A DNA stretch of 42,966 nt from a virus. Location of the stretch: IMG/VR virus record IMGVR_UViG_3300045988_127396, positions 1 to 42,966 of that record. The stretch is one strand, 5' to 3'. Shown piece after piece: positions 14,538 through 25,500 of this stretch. The notes below the pieces were generated by a model. That model saw nothing but the letters and a program-made list of their open reading frames with translations, had not been told where the DNA came from and ran no database searches. Position 1 is the stretch's first letter; the number at the start of each line of letters is the position of its first letter. The position numbers and the translations under genes were made by a program.

Positions 14538-16637
14538 CTAGTTTTGTGGCCACGGTTCGTTAGTTAAATAAGAGATAGAACTTACTCGTATATCTCCTAT
14601 ATCTCTATCTGTTGGCACAGGGTCAGTAAACTGGAATCTTAAGTGGTTGTAATCTCCAGCACCTCCTAAATACCATGTACCATAAGGTGCTCCCTTATCG
14701 TTGTAGATGTTGCCGATTAATGACGCTTCTGAACGATAACCTGTTGGAATTCCATTACCTTGAATAATATAACAATTTCGTTCTTTATCAGAGCCTTGTA
14801 GAACATATCCCGCTCCACCACGTCTGACTATCCCAAACCAACCCCAAGACAATCCTCCGAATTGATAAGATACTATATTATTTACACGTCTGACTTTGAC
14901 AAACGAGTTTCCTAATTTAGAAGATATTGTAAGATTTTTCCACCCTGTATCTCCAATCAGAACCTCCCAACCTGTGTTGCCTGTTCCACTTTTCTTTATC
15001 CACTTCAAAGCTCCGTTTGTTACTGCTTCATCAACATACGTTGTTCCTACAGGTGCTGTTACTGTACCGTTTGGCATTCCTCGACCGTGAATTTCCCATT
15101 GTTTAGCTTCCAGAACTTTTAATCGATTATCTAGTTCGGTTGTGTTTCCGCCACTGTTGGTTGGGAGGTAATTATGGATATTTTGTGTTGTGATGAACTT
15201 AATGTTATCTTGCTCTGAAAACTCGAAGTCGGGTTCGTAATAATCAGGTAATGAACTAGCAACTGTATAGAGCAAAGGTTCCAATTTGGCTGTTTTGTCA
15301 AAACCGCTAATAACTAAATGACTTCCATAACTATCTGAATATAATTTACCGAAATTTTTCGTATTTCTTACTTCAGCACTTTGACTTAAATATCCCCTTA
15401 CAGGTATATTTTCAGTTGACACATATGGTGCTCCTATTTTCGTAGCAAACACACTCGTATCAACATTCCCTGCAGGTCTATTCTCTAATGTTGTCAACCT
15501 ACTCTTAATATCAGTGTCGTTATAAGGTTGCGGTAATTCGGTCTTTTTCGCATATTTCTCTTGGTTTTCTTCATCTAAAAAAGCTTTTCTAAGTTCTTCT
15601 TTAGTGGCGTAATCAGTTAACGGTTGGTGCTCCGTTAAATAATGCTTATCTTCTAGTTGTGTAGTTGTTACAAAATTACTAGTGTCAATGTTAGCTGTTG
15701 TTGGTCTATCTTCAAGTTCTTTGATTTTCCTTTTAATCTCGCTGTCATCATAAGATGATGTAACTGGTCTATTCTCTAGCTGTGTTACTTTAGCAGCAAC
15801 ATCATCAACAGCTTTCTTTGTAGCTAGTCCACTAATATCCTGGTGTTTAGTCAAATAACCTTTTTCAGTCAACTGGGTTTCAGTCACGTAATTAGCTAAA
15901 GGCTGGTGCTGGGTTAGATAACCCTTACCAGCCAACTGTGTTTCAGTAACATATCCAGCTAAAGACTGGTGCTGGGTTAAATATCCCTTTTTCTCAACTT
16001 TTTCAACTGCTTTATTTACAATAGTTTCAGTGCTTGGAATTTCAGTCTTTAAAGCGCGTTTTTCTAATTCTGTTGTTGTTGCTAAATTAGAAATGTTAGG
16101 TATTTCACCTTTTAAAACATACTTTTCATTCGCTTGGGCTTCCGTTAAGAATTTACTACCTTTTTCAATCTCCTTAATGGCGTTATCAAAGTCTTCTTTA
16201 GTAAGTACATCAACCCTATCAACAATTAGTCCGTGTGCATAGAAACGCTCTTTTAATGGCAATTGTTTAGCTTTGTCAATCTCTGAAACCCTAACATTAA
16301 ATTTAAACCTAAATATATCAGCATCTCTAATTTCTTCATTTACATAAATGAAACAAATTACTTTTTCGTTTTGAGTGATTAAACTAGTATCAAACTTAAT
16401 TTTAGCTTTGTTATCTTCAACAACCGCTTCAGTTTTCCAATACGAACCAGTTTTTACAAATTTGAATAATGCTATTAAATTCTTTCCAGCTAATTGTTCA
16501 TTAGCAATCTCAAACTCAAAAAGCCCATTGTTTCTATCGTGTGAGTAAAGTTCAGAATATGTTTCTTCTACTTCCCTAGTTTTAGTTGTATTTTCTATAG
16601 TAAATTTAATTATCTTTTCCATTGCTTCACTCCTCAT
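14538..16637 (-). CDS. Receptor-binding protein / tail fibre with three to four tandem ~21-aa repeats (KGYLTQHQxLxxYVTETQL) and a C-terminal globular domain
   Basis: Position after Tal. Protein repeats at residues ~218-300 correspond to ~63-bp DNA repeats at ~15840-16000. Confidence 0.6.
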   Translation of the reverse strand: MRSEAMEKIIKFTIENTTKTREVEETYSELYSHDRNNGLFEFEIANEQLAGKNLIALFKFVKTGSYWKTEAVVEDNKAKIKFDTSLITQNEKVICFIYVNEEIRDADIFRFKFNVRVSEIDKAKQLPLKERFYAHGLIVDRVDVLTKEDFDNAIKEIEKGSKFLTEAQANEKYVLKGEIPNISNLATTTELEKRALKTEIPSTETIVNKAVEKVEKKGYLTQHQSLAGYVTETQLAGKGYLTQHQPLANYVTETQLTEKGYLTKHQDISGLATKKAVDDVAAKVTQLENRPVTSSYDDSEIKRKIKELEDRPTTANIDTSNFVTTTQLEDKHYLTEHQPLTDYATKEELRKAFLDEENQEKYAKKTELPQPYNDTDIKSRLTTLENRPAGNVDTSVFATKIGAPYVSTENIPVRGYLSQSAEVRNTKNFGKLYSDSYGSHLVISGFDKTAKLEPLLYTVASSLPDYYEPDFEFSEQDNIKFITTQNIHNYLPTNSGGNTTELDNRLKVLEAKQWEIHGRGMPNGTVTAPVGTTYVDEAVTNGALKWIKKSGTGNTGWEVLIGDTGWKNLTISSKLGNSFVKVRRVNNIVSYQFGGLSWGWFGIVRRGGAGYVLQGSDKERNCYIIQGNGIPTGYRSEASLIGNIYNDKGAPYGTWYLGGAGDYNHLRFQFTDPVPTDRDIGDIRVSSISYLTNEPWPQN

Positions 16638-17001
16638 CGAAATGATCTTTTATTTTTTCAAGCCTCTTTTTCAAACCTTTTGGGAATGGTACACCTATTT
16701 CAGATAAGTTCTCAATTAGTGACAATCCATAAGTTGCTATAAAGAAAAAAATAAACGTTGCCGCTACTTCTTCAAAACCTATGAAATTCAAATAAGGATA
16801 AACCGTTACACCTAGCACAAGTACTGCTAGATGTTCGATTAATCCCCTTCTCCCAATTGTTGAATTTAAACTTTTTGTCACCCAAGCTTTTATCATTCCC
16901 GTTAGTATATCTAGTACTATTACTCCCGCAAATGCATGTATATAAGCATCGTTAAATAGTTCATAATATTGGTTAACTAATTCAGTTAATGTAATGTGCA
17001 T
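16627..17001 (-). CDS. Holin-like membrane protein (phage_holin_4_1 / toxin-secretion holin family), 124 aa
   Basis: Three hydrophobic segments and a charged C-terminus KKRLEKIKDHFDEE. GMIKAW motif. Lies between Tal and RBP, as in some Lactobacillus and Listeria phages. Confidence 0.5.
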   Translation of the reverse strand: MHITLTELVNQYYELFNDAYIHAFAGVIVLDILTGMIKAWVTKSLNSTIGRRGLIEHLAVLVLGVTVYPYLNFIGFEEVAATFIFFFIATYGLSLIENLSEIGVPFPKGLKKRLEKIKDHFDEE

Positions 17002-17100
17002 CTTTTTTTTTTAAAAACCGCCTTTCTATAAAATTTAATTGTTCTTACATATTAATCAATCACCGCATGGCCATCACCACCCTAGAAATTTATTAGTTGT

Positions 17101-20100
17101 TTATTTATCCTCTAATAGTTTTTCAAGTCGTTCTAACCTTGCATTTAGGTTTTTAACTTCAGCTTTTAACTCTTTGTTTTCAGCTGATAATTCTTGCACT
17201 GCCTTTGTAGTAATATGTAACAGTCTGAAATCATCAATTGTTAGCGTGTTGACATTCTCACCTACTAAGTCAGCTTGTATCTTTTCTACTTCTTGCGCTA
17301 TAAGCCCAATATTAGTATGTGGCTTAGTATATCCAAATTTATCTGGTTTCCAATCAAAAGACTTAAATTTAAGCTTGTTAATAACTTCTAAGGCGTTATG
17401 TTCACAATCTTTAATGTTTTCTTTTAATCGTTTATCAGAGTCAGCCCTACCAACTGCAACAGCATAATCGGCTTGTGTTCCCGTTCCATCGTTAACCCAG
17501 AAATGAGTTCCACCTCGACCAGTTTTTAACCCTATCCAAGAAATACGATTTAAAGTTTTTGTTGTATCATGTTTACCATTACCACCGATGGCTTTTACTG
17601 GTGTATCACCATATCTATTAGTCATTACAGCTGTCCCAAGTACCGCTGTTAGCTTACCAGTTCCAGGGAATACACTTGCACGGAAACCGCCTTGTATTTC
17701 TCCAAACACTGAAAGCCCTACTTCAGCGGGTGTATATAACGGTTTATTAGGGTTCGTTACATCATCAACCCTATAAATGTTTAAACCTTGGTTAAGCCCA
17801 TCACCTTCAGAACCTCTGAACTGCATACCATAACCAGCATTTTCACCCCATTTATGTGGCGCACTAACTCTGAAATTAGAACCTTGACTATCTAAGATAC
17901 CAGTTTCTCCGATAATGAACTTACTACCAGTAAATGTTTTCCCATGGATATCATCAGCAATCATATTCCCTTTTATCTTAACCAGTCCTTCGTCTTGGCC
18001 TTCAGCATTTTTTTCAACGCTTAAGTTGATTGAACTTATTACTTCATTTTTCTTAACCATCAAACCTAATTCATCTTTAGTTTGATTAATGCTACTTTCT
18101 AATCTTTCCTTGATTAAATTTAAGTCTTCTGGTGCTGGAGTCCATGGCGTTGCCACTGGCCCTTTTTCGATTTTTGGAAATCTGAAGTAAACCTTGTCAC
18201 CTTCTTCACAAGTACCTTGCATACCTTCTAAATAAAACGTAATATCACGTTCAAATTTATTGGTAAAGGTATGTGAAAAACGTTGCCATTCTGGTGTTAT
18301 TTCAAAAGTTCCTTCTTTTATCCCGCCAGTACCTTGGCCCATTCTAGTAAATGTAATATCTTTACTAGCTTTAATATCGATGCTCCATGTCAATTGAGTA
18401 TCTTGGTATTCGTTTTGTAAGAAGTCAGCTAATACAAAATAAACTCCTTCGCTATCATCAACATTATGTTTAGTCATTACTAATGTGCCATTCTGAAGCG
18501 TTCTTTGCCAATTACTCATAACTGGTATCACATTGTTCATTTCAGCACTATCTTTCAGTAGGTTTCGACCACCGTTTATTACTTGTTCTCTAAATTCTCC
18601 AATTGTTGAGTTAAAGTTTTCCATAGTATGATCAAACGTTTTGTATTTTTCCAGGATGTCAGTAATTTCTACTATATCTGGTTTATCATCTAATCTTTCT
18701 CTTGTTAAATTGCTAATACCATTGCATGTAGTAAGTACCACTATCTCAATGGGTTCACCGTTTTGTTCCTTATCTTCAATTGAAAGTGCTGGGATGTGGC
18801 CATCTCCACTTACACTAACTTCTTCAAATTCGCTCCATTCAGTACGATCAGCGCCCCTATATTTCATTCTTGATACAAAACCTTCACTTAGTTGAACATT
18901 GTCGTAAAAAACGTCTAAGTAAGCTTTAACGCCAGTTGTTTTTTTGTTTACATATTTTCCTTCAAAACGAACGTTTGTAGTTAAGGTATGCGCTTTTAAA
19001 TCTTCTAACGATGGTTGCCATGGTGTTACATCTTCACCATTTTCAATTTTTAAGCAATTCAAGTAATAATCAACAGCTTGGTCTTGTTTGTTGTATATCG
19101 CAAATATACAGCTATCAAAATCATATTCAGCCGTGAATGTTGTTGCTACTCGTTGACTAATTCCTGGTAAACCAATTGTCATAATTTGTTCTTGTTGGCC
19201 AACAATTTCATTGTTTTTATATAAAAATAGTTTTATTTCTATTTCAATATCATTTTCAGTATTTTTTAACATATCCATAGAAACTGTATATTTATCATCT
19301 TTTTTAACATTAAATTTAAACTGATCACTTACCAACCCACGAAATGTATCAGTTGGAGTTCCAAAAATTTGAATACCATCACCGAAATTTTCTATACCTT
19401 TAACAAAATTCAATTCTAAACCATTGTTGATGGCGTTTGTACTCCAGTGTAATAGCTTATGTTCAAAGTTTGAATTAGGTAAATAATTTAGGTTTGTTGT
19501 TGCTGGTGGCCTTAAGTCTTCAACATTCGGCATCCAAATTTTAGGCACTGTATTCCCGTAAGCCATGTAAGGTTCAGCAATCTTAAAGTGACCGTTTTTA
19601 GTTGAGAATATAAAGAATAAGTTATCATCTAAAGAGGTGAAGTCGTTTTTAACTTCATATACAAATTCTTTTACCACCCAAGTGTTGCGGGGTGTATTAG
19701 CACCTAAGTCAAAACCAGCCATTTGCTTGTTGTTTTTATGTGATTTTAAAGCTAAATGCAAGCCGTTATCCACTGGCACATCATTAAATATGTAAATAGG
19801 TAATCTAATCACGATTTTCTCACCGCGTTTAAATTCCTTCTTATCGCTTCTAAACGAAATACCTTTCCATGAATTTCTAGTTAACCCGTTGTTATTAATC
19901 TCAACAGAGTTCTTATCGTTATAATCTTTTTCGTTGATGGTAGGTGTTGCACCATGCAACGTATAAGCGCTACTATCTTTAATTTGAGTATCTTTTAATA
20001 AGTTAAAGTTAAATGCTGAAACCCCATCTTCTCCCAGTATTCTAGTCCAGCTGTATTCTCGTGGATCTGTTGGCGGTGTTTTTTTATCACCACTATATAT

Positions 20101-21771
20101 CCCAATATACTTAGAGTTAGAGTCATCACTCATATTACTACCATCAGCATTGTTAGAATACTTTTTATGTATGTAAGCATCTTTTCCCTTAAGTCCTTCC
20201 ATATTAGGAATGCTTTTTTTAACTTCATCAATAATTTCTTGGGCTTTTCCTTCAACAATGTTCTTGAATGTTTTTTCAACAATCCCTTGTTCCAGGTGAA
20301 ATTCTCCAGTATCTAAGTCCCAATAACTTCTACCATCAGCCGCTTGTATTCGCCCAGCTTTTAGTATTCCAGCATTGATTAAATCAAGTGTGGCACCATC
20401 ACCATCAAGGAATGTTCTCCAGTTCCATTCTCCGTTAGGTTTCTTAGTGTTGGCTATAGCAATCTTACCAGCACCCATATACACAACCTTAGTTGGGTTA
20501 TCTTCAATTGGTTTGTCAAATGAATAGTAACCCGCTGGCAATTCATATTTGTTATTTGCCTTGAAATCATAGTTATAACCGTCTTCGTTTAAAAACTTAT
20601 CTGATAATCTTTCTCGTATTTGATCCAACCAATATATTGTATCGTTTTGGAAATTCTTAACATCTTTAGCAAGTTCTATAGTCCTGCTAAATGGTGAACT
20701 TGTTACTTTGTCACCAATACCAAATTCAGTAAGCTTGTTGTCTGTAAGGTTTCTAACAACCTTAAAAACTCTTGTTTTATATTTAATTCCTAGTTTAGGG
20801 TTATATACTCCAACAGTATCTCCTAAATCTAAATTACCAACATTTCTGACTGTTGCTTTATATTCAACTTGAACCCTACTATTCTGTTTTAACCATTCAT
20901 AAGCTAATACAATTAAGCGTTCTGGATCTTCTTCGTCTTGAAATTCAACAATCTTAACCCTTGGTTTAGTTCCTTTTTCAAACCCATAAATTTTAGTAAG
21001 TGCTGGTATTTCAAGCATTTCTTCACCAGCTGGCTTATCCACTGGCTTGCCAGCAAATTTTTCCCATACAACATCTTTATAAGTTATTCTTCGACCATAA
21101 CCGCCAGTGGCCTGGCCATCTTCATCCCTTATTTCTTCACCCTTACCACGACCAATTACAGCTGTATATATAGCACCTTTTGAGTTTTTCTCTTTAACTG
21201 TTAATAAGTCTTTACCATGGATGAATACTTTACCATTGTCACGGCCCATACGTTTAAACACATCCAGGTATCTAGCTGTAATCTTACCTTTAGTAAATTC
21301 TAGTCTTGGCGCTATTTCAATCTGTGTTTCTTCCACTAATTTGCTTAAAGCTTCTTTTCTCGATAAATAATAGAAATTACCAGAATATAAGCGTTGAACG
21401 TTAACAGTCCCTAACTGCCAGCTTGATCCGTTTAATAAAGTAGTTAAAACACCAACTAGTTCCTTATTTTGTGGTCTATAGTCCTTAATGTAACCATCGC
21501 TTTCCATATCATCGAAAAATTTATGTACTGCTGTGATTTTTACGTGTGTTGTACTTTCCTTATCCACTCTATCTATTTTATATAAGTGGAATACATCTTT
21601 TTGTTTATAGTCCTTATGGCCAATAAATACAGCCTTATCGACTAATTCATTGTAATTTACTACTACTTCTAACGTGTGAAGTTTATTTAATTCATTCGTT
21701 TCTTTTCCTTCTAGTGGATCGACTGCACCTATTAAGTTTTCATTATTATCAAATAAAAATAATTTTGTCAT
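17101..21771 (-). CDS. Tail-associated lysin/tail tip protein (Tal) with C-terminal peptidase-S74 intramolecular-chaperone auto-cleavage domain
   Basis: Prophage-tail endopeptidase-like N-terminus. C-terminus ...GRADSDKRLKENIKD...IGLIAQEVEKI...coiled coil, the S-D-x-R-x-K signature of self-cleaving chaperone domains. Confidence 0.8.
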   Translation of the reverse strand: MTKLFLFDNNENLIGAVDPLEGKETNELNKLHTLEVVVNYNELVDKAVFIGHKDYKQKDVFHLYKIDRVDKESTTHVKITAVHKFFDDMESDGYIKDYRPQNKELVGVLTTLLNGSSWQLGTVNVQRLYSGNFYYLSRKEALSKLVEETQIEIAPRLEFTKGKITARYLDVFKRMGRDNGKVFIHGKDLLTVKEKNSKGAIYTAVIGRGKGEEIRDEDGQATGGYGRRITYKDVVWEKFAGKPVDKPAGEEMLEIPALTKIYGFEKGTKPRVKIVEFQDEEDPERLIVLAYEWLKQNSRVQVEYKATVRNVGNLDLGDTVGVYNPKLGIKYKTRVFKVVRNLTDNKLTEFGIGDKVTSSPFSRTIELAKDVKNFQNDTIYWLDQIRERLSDKFLNEDGYNYDFKANNKYELPAGYYSFDKPIEDNPTKVVYMGAGKIAIANTKKPNGEWNWRTFLDGDGATLDLINAGILKAGRIQAADGRSYWDLDTGEFHLEQGIVEKTFKNIVEGKAQEIIDEVKKSIPNMEGLKGKDAYIHKKYSNNADGSNMSDDSNSKYIGIYSGDKKTPPTDPREYSWTRILGEDGVSAFNFNLLKDTQIKDSSAYTLHGATPTINEKDYNDKNSVEINNNGLTRNSWKGISFRSDKKEFKRGEKIVIRLPIYIFNDVPVDNGLHLALKSHKNNKQMAGFDLGANTPRNTWVVKEFVYEVKNDFTSLDDNLFFIFSTKNGHFKIAEPYMAYGNTVPKIWMPNVEDLRPPATTNLNYLPNSNFEHKLLHWSTNAINNGLELNFVKGIENFGDGIQIFGTPTDTFRGLVSDQFKFNVKKDDKYTVSMDMLKNTENDIEIEIKLFLYKNNEIVGQQEQIMTIGLPGISQRVATTFTAEYDFDSCIFAIYNKQDQAVDYYLNCLKIENGEDVTPWQPSLEDLKAHTLTTNVRFEGKYVNKKTTGVKAYLDVFYDNVQLSEGFVSRMKYRGADRTEWSEFEEVSVSGDGHIPALSIEDKEQNGEPIEIVVLTTCNGISNLTRERLDDKPDIVEITDILEKYKTFDHTMENFNSTIGEFREQVINGGRNLLKDSAEMNNVIPVMSNWQRTLQNGTLVMTKHNVDDSEGVYFVLADFLQNEYQDTQLTWSIDIKASKDITFTRMGQGTGGIKEGTFEITPEWQRFSHTFTNKFERDITFYLEGMQGTCEEGDKVYFRFPKIEKGPVATPWTPAPEDLNLIKERLESSINQTKDELGLMVKKNEVISSINLSVEKNAEGQDEGLVKIKGNMIADDIHGKTFTGSKFIIGETGILDSQGSNFRVSAPHKWGENAGYGMQFRGSEGDGLNQGLNIYRVDDVTNPNKPLYTPAEVGLSVFGEIQGGFRASVFPGTGKLTAVLGTAVMTNRYGDTPVKAIGGNGKHDTTKTLNRISWIGLKTGRGGTHFWVNDGTGTQADYAVAVGRADSDKRLKENIKDCEHNALEVINKLKFKSFDWKPDKFGYTKPHTNIGLIAQEVEKIQADLVGENVNTLTIDDFRLLHITTKAVQELSAENKELKAEVKNLNARLERLEKLLEDK

Positions 21772-22598
21772 TAGTATAATCGCTCCTTCGTATGCACTTC
21801 TAACAGCTTACTATTTGTGCTTGTAATCACATCACCTTGTTTAACAGTAAAATCAAAGTCACTTTCAACAAAGTCTATTAAATCGCTCTTATTAGTAGAA
21901 TTAAGCTTTAATATGTAATCAGCATTTAAGTCTATTTCTAACACATCACCCATTACAAATTTGTGATTAATTACTAGCTTTTTAGTCGTGTTCTCGTTTT
22001 TAATAATTACCTTATCACCAGTTGATGCTGTTGCTGTTTTTATAAGTACTGGTGTACATTCATTAGGGTTTTTAGGTAATTTAGTAATAGTCACCCTATT
22101 AGTACCGGTATCTTTATCAACGTTCTTATACTTGTAAGGATCCAAGCATGTGAATGTAATTGTTGCAATAACATTATTGTCAATTTCATCTATATCATCA
22201 GCACTTTCAAAGAATGCATTAAAGTAATAATCTGGTTCATCTGTAAACTTAAGTTGTTTAGCTTCTGTTTTGTGCAATAGTAAATTTAATTTATTAAAAT
22301 TCTCCCTATAATTAGCGCTAGTATTCTTTAATAAGTATTTAACGACTATTTCCCTGGGTTCTAGTGTGTTTGATGTTAAATACTTCCCATCAGCCCCAGG
22401 CGTTTTATTAGACTCTATTTCACGCCCTATTAATGCACGTCCTTTAACTGATAGAGTTATAAACCCTGGTAAAACATCTTCTAGCGCTTGGCCATTAAAT
22501 ATAGTTTTAAAAGGAGTAGTCGTTGTGACTACTCCTCCTGGTTTTGTAAAATTATACATATTCTCAATTACCTTTCTAAATAGAATATACTTCTTCAA
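21771..22598 (-). CDS. Distal tail protein (Dit, siphovirus tail component)
   Basis: Size (275 aa) and position between TMP and Tal. Confidence 0.65.
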   Translation of the reverse strand: MKKYILFRKVIENMYNFTKPGGVVTTTTPFKTIFNGQALEDVLPGFITLSVKGRALIGREIESNKTPGADGKYLTSNTLEPREIVVKYLLKNTSANYRENFNKLNLLLHKTEAKQLKFTDEPDYYFNAFFESADDIDEIDNNVIATITFTCLDPYKYKNVDKDTGTNRVTITKLPKNPNECTPVLIKTATASTGDKVIIKNENTTKKLVINHKFVMGDVLEIDLNADYILKLNSTNKSDLIDFVESDFDFTVKQGDVITSTNSKLLEVHTKERLY

Positions 22599-25500
22599 GC
22601 TGGATATTTTGCTTGTTAACGCTATTCACATCATCTACGAACTTACCAAATGCATTGTTACCTAACTGAAGGTTTAACTGCATTGGACGTTTAGAAAAGT
22701 CGTATTCAGTACGAACTTCACCAGAAATAATATCGTTTCTTGTTACACCAATATTATTTATATCGCTGTTCAAGTTAGCTGGTGAAACAGCATAATTGAT
22801 ATTGTCAGCCACTTGTGTAGCCAACTTACCAGCATAATTAATAGCTTTTTTCGCTGTGTCTTTCATACCAACAACCATTCCCATCGGCACCCATCTGGTA
22901 ATCTTAGCAACAACCCTTGATGGTGAGTGGATAGCTAAAGCACTTCTAATAGCAGCAGCAGCCGCATTAGCAATTGACTGTGCTGTTGCCATTACTGCCC
23001 CAGCCCTTGACTGCATACCAGCAATGAAACCATCCATCAGATATCCACCAGCCGAAACAAATTGGCCATAATAAGACTGTAATGTGCTTACCGCTTGGCT
23101 TCCCATTTGTTGAACTGTGCTGACAACTGTTGATTGAGCCTGTCTAATTCGGTTTTCCAATTGACTCATGCTATTAGATGTTGCATTGTTAATGCTGTTA
23201 AATGCATTTTGTAATGTTTGTTCCATTTGTGAAGCTGCTTGTTGCACTGTACTTGAAATGGTACTAAAGCTTGAACTAATGTTTGAACTGATGCTTGCCA
23301 TTGTTGAACTAATGTTACTAGCAACAGAACTAAATGTTGAACTTGTTGTTGATTGAACTTGACTGCAACCTTGTTCTACTGCACTAGTTACACCTTGCAT
23401 AGCGCTTTGTACTTGTGACTGCATATTCTGGAAATTAGAAACAACCCCAGTGGCCAGGTTGGCTGTTGCTGTGTTTGCTGTGTTAGCAACATTTTCCCAA
23501 GTCGCTTGGTTAGTCATGCTAACGTTATTTAAACTTGTTTGTGCTGCCATATCTACTTGTGACAAGTTTGCTCCAACTACTCCAGGCATTAATCCTGTTT
23601 GCATACCAGCAACGCTATTTATTGCTCCGAATTGTGCTGTTGCATTCGCTGAAAGTGCATCTAATTGGGCGTTTGAATTAAGTGTCATAGCGCTTAAGTT
23701 AGCGTTCACGTTTTCGGCTGCCATCGCTGTATTTGTTGTAGCAGCCGTGTTCACTGCTGCCATGTTCAGATTAGCACTATTTGACATTTGCATAAACTGC
23801 ATATCAGAGTTCATAACCATACCAGTAATGTTAGTCAATGCTCCCATTGCACCTATCCCAGTTAGTGACATCATAGAATTAGAGATACTTGTAAAATGTG
23901 CAATAGCACTAGCATCTAAATTCGCAAATGATGCACTCATTCCATCAAGTGAAGCTGATGCACTAGCGCTTGACTGCGCTATTCTACCTGCTGCACCTTC
24001 AGCAGCTGCGGCGGTTCCTTCTCCACTCTCCTGAGCTTTTTGTTTCATTTGATCCATGCTTTCACTTACTTGTTGGCTTGACTCTTTCGACTTAAGTCCA
24101 ACATATTCAAGGGCTTTTCCTATCTTGTCACCAATCCACTTAAATACATCACCAATGGCCTTAAATACAGCATCAACAGCATTTCTAAACCATTCACATT
24201 TATTATATAGTGTTACTAGTCCACCAATTATTACAGCTGCAACAATACCCCAAGGCCCTAGTAAACTCATGAATGCAACCCTTACAGCGGCCAAAACAGT
24301 AGTAATAACAGTACCAGCAGCACTTACCACGCTACTTACTGCTCCCCATGCTGCTAATGCTACCTTACTGGCATTTACAGCGGCTGACAATACAGTCATA
24401 GCTGCTTTAACAGTTGTTACAACCGTTACAATAAGTCTAAATGCTCCAGCAGCTGCTAACACTGTTGCTATTAAAGTTCTTAACCATTGGTTATTCTGTA
24501 ATGTCTGGTTAAGCCATGATAAGAATGCATTTACGATGCTTAATACCACGTTTATTACTGGCGCGGCTGCACTTACTAAAGATCCTAGTACAGATACAAC
24601 CATGTTGATAGCTTGCATTGCTATCTGTGCAAACGTAACAAATAATTGTTTAATATTAGTCCAGATTGAGTTCATTAAGTCATGTGTTGTCTGGTTGGTA
24701 TTGTATAAATGCACGAACGCTGCGACAACAACACCTATTGTTGCAACAACTCCTAACATCGATACACCAACACGGCCAAACACTTCAGAAACAGCTGTTA
24801 AGGCTGCTTTTACTCCAAGTCCACCTTCTTCAATTGGTTTTAACCATGAGTGAATTAATGTCAACGCTGGCACGACTGCTAAAGCCACCCCAGCTAATGT
24901 AATCATCTTAGCTATTAATTGTGCAACTCCTGGGTTTGTTTGCATTAGCGCATTAAACCATTGTAAGAATGCATTAGCAACATTTAATATAGACATCGCT
25001 AATGGTGCCATTCCTTGTGCTAATAGTGAAAATGTTTTTGATAAATTACCAATCAGCTGGCCAACCTTCGGCGCTGCTTCTTCGATATATTTAACAAAGT
25101 TTTTAAATGCTTGGTTCTGGCTTAGTTGACTGCTCCACTCTCTGAACCGTCCCATAAGTCTCTCAAACCAACTCATTGCTGTCGCTGCCATTGGCCCGAA
25201 CGCTGCGAACATCTGAACTAAACCAACAGCAAGATCACGGAATGCACCCCTAATTTTTGGCATGTTCTCATTCACGTAATTCGTAAATTGTTTCATCCCT
25301 TGACTATCAGCAAGTTTAGCACTCCATTCATCAACTCGTTTACTCATGTCTAAGAAACCTTGTGACATACTAGCAGCTAATGGCCCAAACGCAACCATTA
25401 AACTTGCTAATGATCGACCAAAGAAACCAACACCACGCGCAACCTTATCCAGTGTACTTGCACCGTTACTATTTAAGTAATTAAAGAAACGCTCCATCGG

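Noticed and set aside
23168-24902. Long plus-strand ORFs (23168-23356, 23450-24034, 24056-24853, 24666-24902) antisense to the tape measure gene
   Set aside because: They lie within the low-complexity S/A/T-rich part of the TMP gene, where stop codons are depleted by compositional bias on both strands. No RBS or start context. Counted as shadow ORFs.
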